The notes beneath the pieces are model-generated. The model saw only the letters and a list, made by a program, of their open reading frames with translations. It did no database searches and was not told the origin of the DNA. The translations under genes and the position numbers were made by a program. From contig CAWCDS010000001.1 of the NCBI GenBank assembly GCA_963794285.1, forward strand, positions 235,088 to 299,087: 64,000 nucleotides of DNA. Reading direction: 5' to 3'. Numbering within the stretch: the first letter of the stretch is position 1; the number at the start of each line of letters is the position of its first letter. Of this stretch, positions 61,265 to 64,000 are shown in pieces. Origin of the DNA: an uncultured Solirubrobacterales bacterium (GTDB lineage Bacteria > Actinomycetota > Thermoleophilia > Solirubrobacterales > Solirubrobacteraceae).

Positions 61265-61358
61265 CGTCCGCAGGAGGATCGCCCCCGAGGTCGGCCCGTG
61301 GCGATCGTCCTCGAACCGGCCCGTGCCGAATTCTCAATCGGGGAACGCTCTACAAACA
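61265..61358 (+). repeat. boundary motif pair (degenerate)
   Basis: CGTCCGCAG-GAGGATCGCCCCCGAGG and ATTCTCAATC-GGGGAACGCTCTACAAACA. Confidence 0.6.
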
Positions 61359-61702
61359 GTCGGCCGGACCTGTACGGCCCTGGTCGTGGCGACGACAACG
61401 GCTTGGGGCTCGCTCGGGCAGGCCGCTTCCCGATGCCTGGCAACTCTCTCGACTCGCCGTGGCGGAGCTGCTCCGTTCGTTCCGGAGCGAGAGCCTCGTC
61501 GCTTGCCTCAGAGCCAGATCAGGCTCCCGCGGCCTCGTGGAATCGGGGATTGGCGCGCGCCTGTCGGGTCACGACGGCGGGTTGATATCCCAGAGTGCTC
61601 TGGCTTGTGGAGAGATCAGCGCGTCGGCGGCGGCAAGCTCACGGTGAGGCCCGCGGATTTGCCGGCAGGACGGTCGTCGCCGAGCGCCGTCTTGAGCTTA
61701 GA

Positions 61703-62041
61703 TTAGCCCTGGCGCGGTGGGCTCGCACGCGCACGACGTTGGGCGTGATGCCCATCGGCTGCGCTGCGCTCGAGCTGAGCAGCCAACGCGCAGGCAGCGG
61801 CGGCGGTTCGACCGCGCAGCTCGTTGCTCACATTGCGAGCGACCCCGAACGGCCACGGCCGAGTCTCGGCACCGATCGGCATCTGGTCACGCTTTTGCCA
61901 GGCGACAAGGTATGTCTCGGCCAGACAGTCCGCGGCATCCTCCGCGCTCGAGCATCGGCGCAGGAGGAACGCCAGCACATCGACGTGGGTGCGACGGTAC
62001 AGCTCACTGAACGTCTCCGTGCCACGGCCGTTGCGTCTCAT
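61703..62041 (-). pseudogene. ECF sigma factor, region 2 only
   Basis: FSELYRRTHVDVLAFLLRR...AADCLAETYLVAW...PWPFGVARNV; region 4 missing. Confidence 0.8.
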
Positions 62042-63050
62042 CGACCACCATCCGCGGGCTTCAGGGGCAGGCGTCGACCGCCCGGCAGCTGTGTGATCGA
62101 GTCAACGACACCACGGCTCACGAAGTCGGTGTACGCCATGACGGTCCCATTGGGCACCGCCGGGATGCGTGGCCCGCCGGAAGCTGACCGTGTGCTCGTT
62201 CGTAGCTCGACGGCTCGCGTTTGCAGCAGGTTGCTCGTGGCCGGGTCAAACAGCAGCTCTTCTCGGACCAGGTTGGGCCCGCCCTGGGTGACTGCCACCG
62301 CGATTCCGCTGCGCCCGAGACGATCGCGCTGAGGGCCAACAAGTTGGACGCCGGGGAGGCCCGCGAGCACCCGGAAAAGCGCTGCGCGCAGCTGCGGTGA
62401 GGTCGGGAGAAACAGAAACTGCGAGATCGGTCCAGTCCAAACAGCCCGGCGGGATCCGCCTGTAGTTGCCGTCTGAAAGATTCTCGTCCGGGCCCGCTAT
62501 CGGACGCGAGGATGAGTTGGTCAAGAGCGAGCCGAAGCGCGGCAGGCCGGGTAGGCAGGCGGTTCATCTGCCAATAGGGAAGGAACCCGGCGGTCTGAAG
62601 CGTGCGCGGCGGAAACGCACCGTCGAGCATGCGCGGGGATGTCGCAGTCAACCGTGCGAGCGTCATCCCATGTGCCTCTGCGATTGCGCGATCGCGGCGC
62701 GTCAGAAAGCTGGTCGACGTCCGCACGATCCGTTCGCGCCCGGAACCATCGGCGGTGTACCAATCGCTCTTGACCTCCGACATCCGCACCCAAACATTCC
62801 AGCCGCCTTGTCCCAGGCCCAGGACCGATCCCGTCTCGACCTTCACAAACCCGTACCGACCCCGGCTCGGCACCACGCTCGTGCTTCGCATCGCGGCCTG
62901 CGCGGCCCGATCGAGCACGACAGCTGCCGACGCCGCCGGCACATCAAGCGGCCCGTCGTGATTCCCGCCGGGTAACGACCCGACCATCGCGAACACCCCG
63001 ACGACCCCAACGACCCCGATCGCAGCAGGCCACGCCACACGTCGTCTACC
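62038..63050 (-). pseudogene. CU044_5270-like anti-sigma membrane protein, N-truncated and frameshifted
   Basis: TM, ASAAVVLDRAAQAA, LPTRPAALR / LAGLPGV...DRLGRSGIAV...ELLFDPATSNLL...GVVDS. Confidence 0.78.
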
Positions 63051-63074
63051 AGCGCAGAGCCCGCGCTGCTGGGG

Positions 63075-63569
63075 ATGAATCTGTCGAGCGCGCCGCTGCG
63101 CTTTCGCGACCTGCCAGACCGCGGGCGATCCTCGTTCACCGTCACCGAGCTGGCCTGGCCGGCCGGGCTGCGCGACGGTATGGGGATGACGCTCATGTCC
63201 CCTTCGGGCGGGGTCGTGGGCCACGTTGCCCTCAACGCGGTTCGGAACGGGACCTTTACCGACGATCACCGTGACCTGCTCGGGCTCCTCGCCCGGCCGC
63301 TGAGCGTAGCTGTCTGCGATCCGGCACCGACTCTCGGGTCGCCCGCATTCGGGCTGACACCGCGTGAGCGAGAGGTCCTCGGCTTGATCGTGGAAGGCCG
63401 CACCAACACGCAGATCGCTGAGCTGCTGACAATCTCGCGCTCGACGGTTCGCCGACACGTCGAACACGTTCTGCGGAAGCTGGATGTCGCTTCGCGTACG
63501 GCCGCAGCGGTGAAAGCCAGCCGATACGATCTCGTGCGCACAGGCGGTCGAGCAAGATCGGTCAACTGA
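63075..63569 (+). CDS. LuxR-family regulator (partial GAF + HTH; probably N-truncated)
   Basis: LTPREREVLGLIVEGRTNTQIAELLTISRSTVRRHVEHVLRKLDVASRTAAA. Confidence 0.8.
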   Translation: MNLSSAPLRFRDLPDRGRSSFTVTELAWPAGLRDGMGMTLMSPSGGVVGHVALNAVRNGTFTDDHRDLLGLLARPLSVAVCDPAPTLGSPAFGLTPREREVLGLIVEGRTNTQIAELLTISRSTVRRHVEHVLRKLDVASRTAAAVKASRYDLVRTGGRARSVN

Positions 63570-63608
63570 CCAATTGCACTGGTCGCGGGTTATAGGCACG
63601 CTGGAGGA

Positions 63609-64000
63609 ATGTCCTCGCTGCCCATCGAGTTCGAAGAATTGGATGATTGGCTGTGGTGCCTGCGCACCCCGGTTGTCGCGTGCTACGCGATACGCGATCG
63701 CGACGGCGTCGTTCTCGTCGACGCCAACGTCCCCGACCAGCACGGCGCGATCCTCGATGCACTTGCCGATCGGCTCGGGGCACCGAACGGCGCTATCCGG
63801 GTCCGCCAACTGCTGCTCACCCACGCTCACCCCGACCACTATGGGTCTGCGCACCAGGTCGCCTTACGTACGGGCACCGAATTGCTCGGACCAGCACAGG
63901 AAGCGGACGTCTTTGCGGGACGTACACAGCTGGCGGCGCCACGGCTCCAGGACTGGGAACGGCCGCTGTTCGAGCAGAACATGGCTCACGTTCGCCCGCC
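63609..64000 (+). CDS. MBL-fold metallo-hydrolase (partial, runs off the window)
   Basis: GGAGG RBS; VVLVDA...LLLTHAHPDHYGSA HxHxDH motif. Confidence 0.88.
   Translation, partial: MSSLPIEFEELDDWLWCLRTPVVACYAIRDRDGVVLVDANVPDQHGAILDALADRLGAPNGAIRVRQLLLTHAHPDHYGSAHQVALRTGTELLGPAQEADVFAGRTQLAAPRLQDWERPLFEQNMAHVRP

Noticed and set aside
1653-61358. Classical integron/attC array
   Set aside because: No RYYYAAC...GTTRRRY ends, no intI, and cargo lies in both orientations, including multi-gene operons.
62118-63854. 578-aa minus-strand ORF
   Set aside because: Its 5' half is the antisense shadow of the LuxR and MBL genes; only the part below about 63050 is coding.
1-64000. tRNA/rRNA genes and intact IS elements
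   Set aside because: No cloverleaf or T-loop signature, rRNA motif, or transposase ORF recognised by eye; tRNAscan-SE and ISEScan would confirm.

Overview
High-GC actinobacterial DNA. Gene content (CU044_5270-type anti-sigma, DUF2294, ECF41, many secreted orphans) suggests Thermoleophilia/Solirubrobacterales; this is inference. It is an accessory region made of about 45 short, unrelated one- to four-gene modules in both orientations, many truncated or frameshifted. Main observation: most module boundaries carry a degenerate bipartite 28-30 bp motif (CGTCGCAcaa/CGTCTCA/CGTCCGcaa - variable core - [A/G]A[A/T]CG[C/A][T/C][C/G]A[G/C]CG[G/A/C]ACG). I found more than 35 copies by eye, all on the + strand, often in tandem pairs or triples with a period of about 70 bp and recurring hairpin-forming spacers. 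This looks like an undescribed, integron- or pdif-like gene-cassette array. Notable cargo: (1) a DsrE/SaoD + CUAEP-tail radical SAM selenoprotein (in-frame UGA, SECIS-like hairpin) + ATP-grasp + NfuA module with a symmetric bidirectional leaderless promoter; (2) an ECF sigma factor whose anti-sigma carries a catalytically dead penicillin-binding domain; (3) a lysyl-oxidase-like secreted protein; (4) acs with relics of hypA and a PKS ACP. No rRNA, tRNA, cas gene or intact integrase/transposase was recognised. All family assignments come from motif recognition, not database searches.
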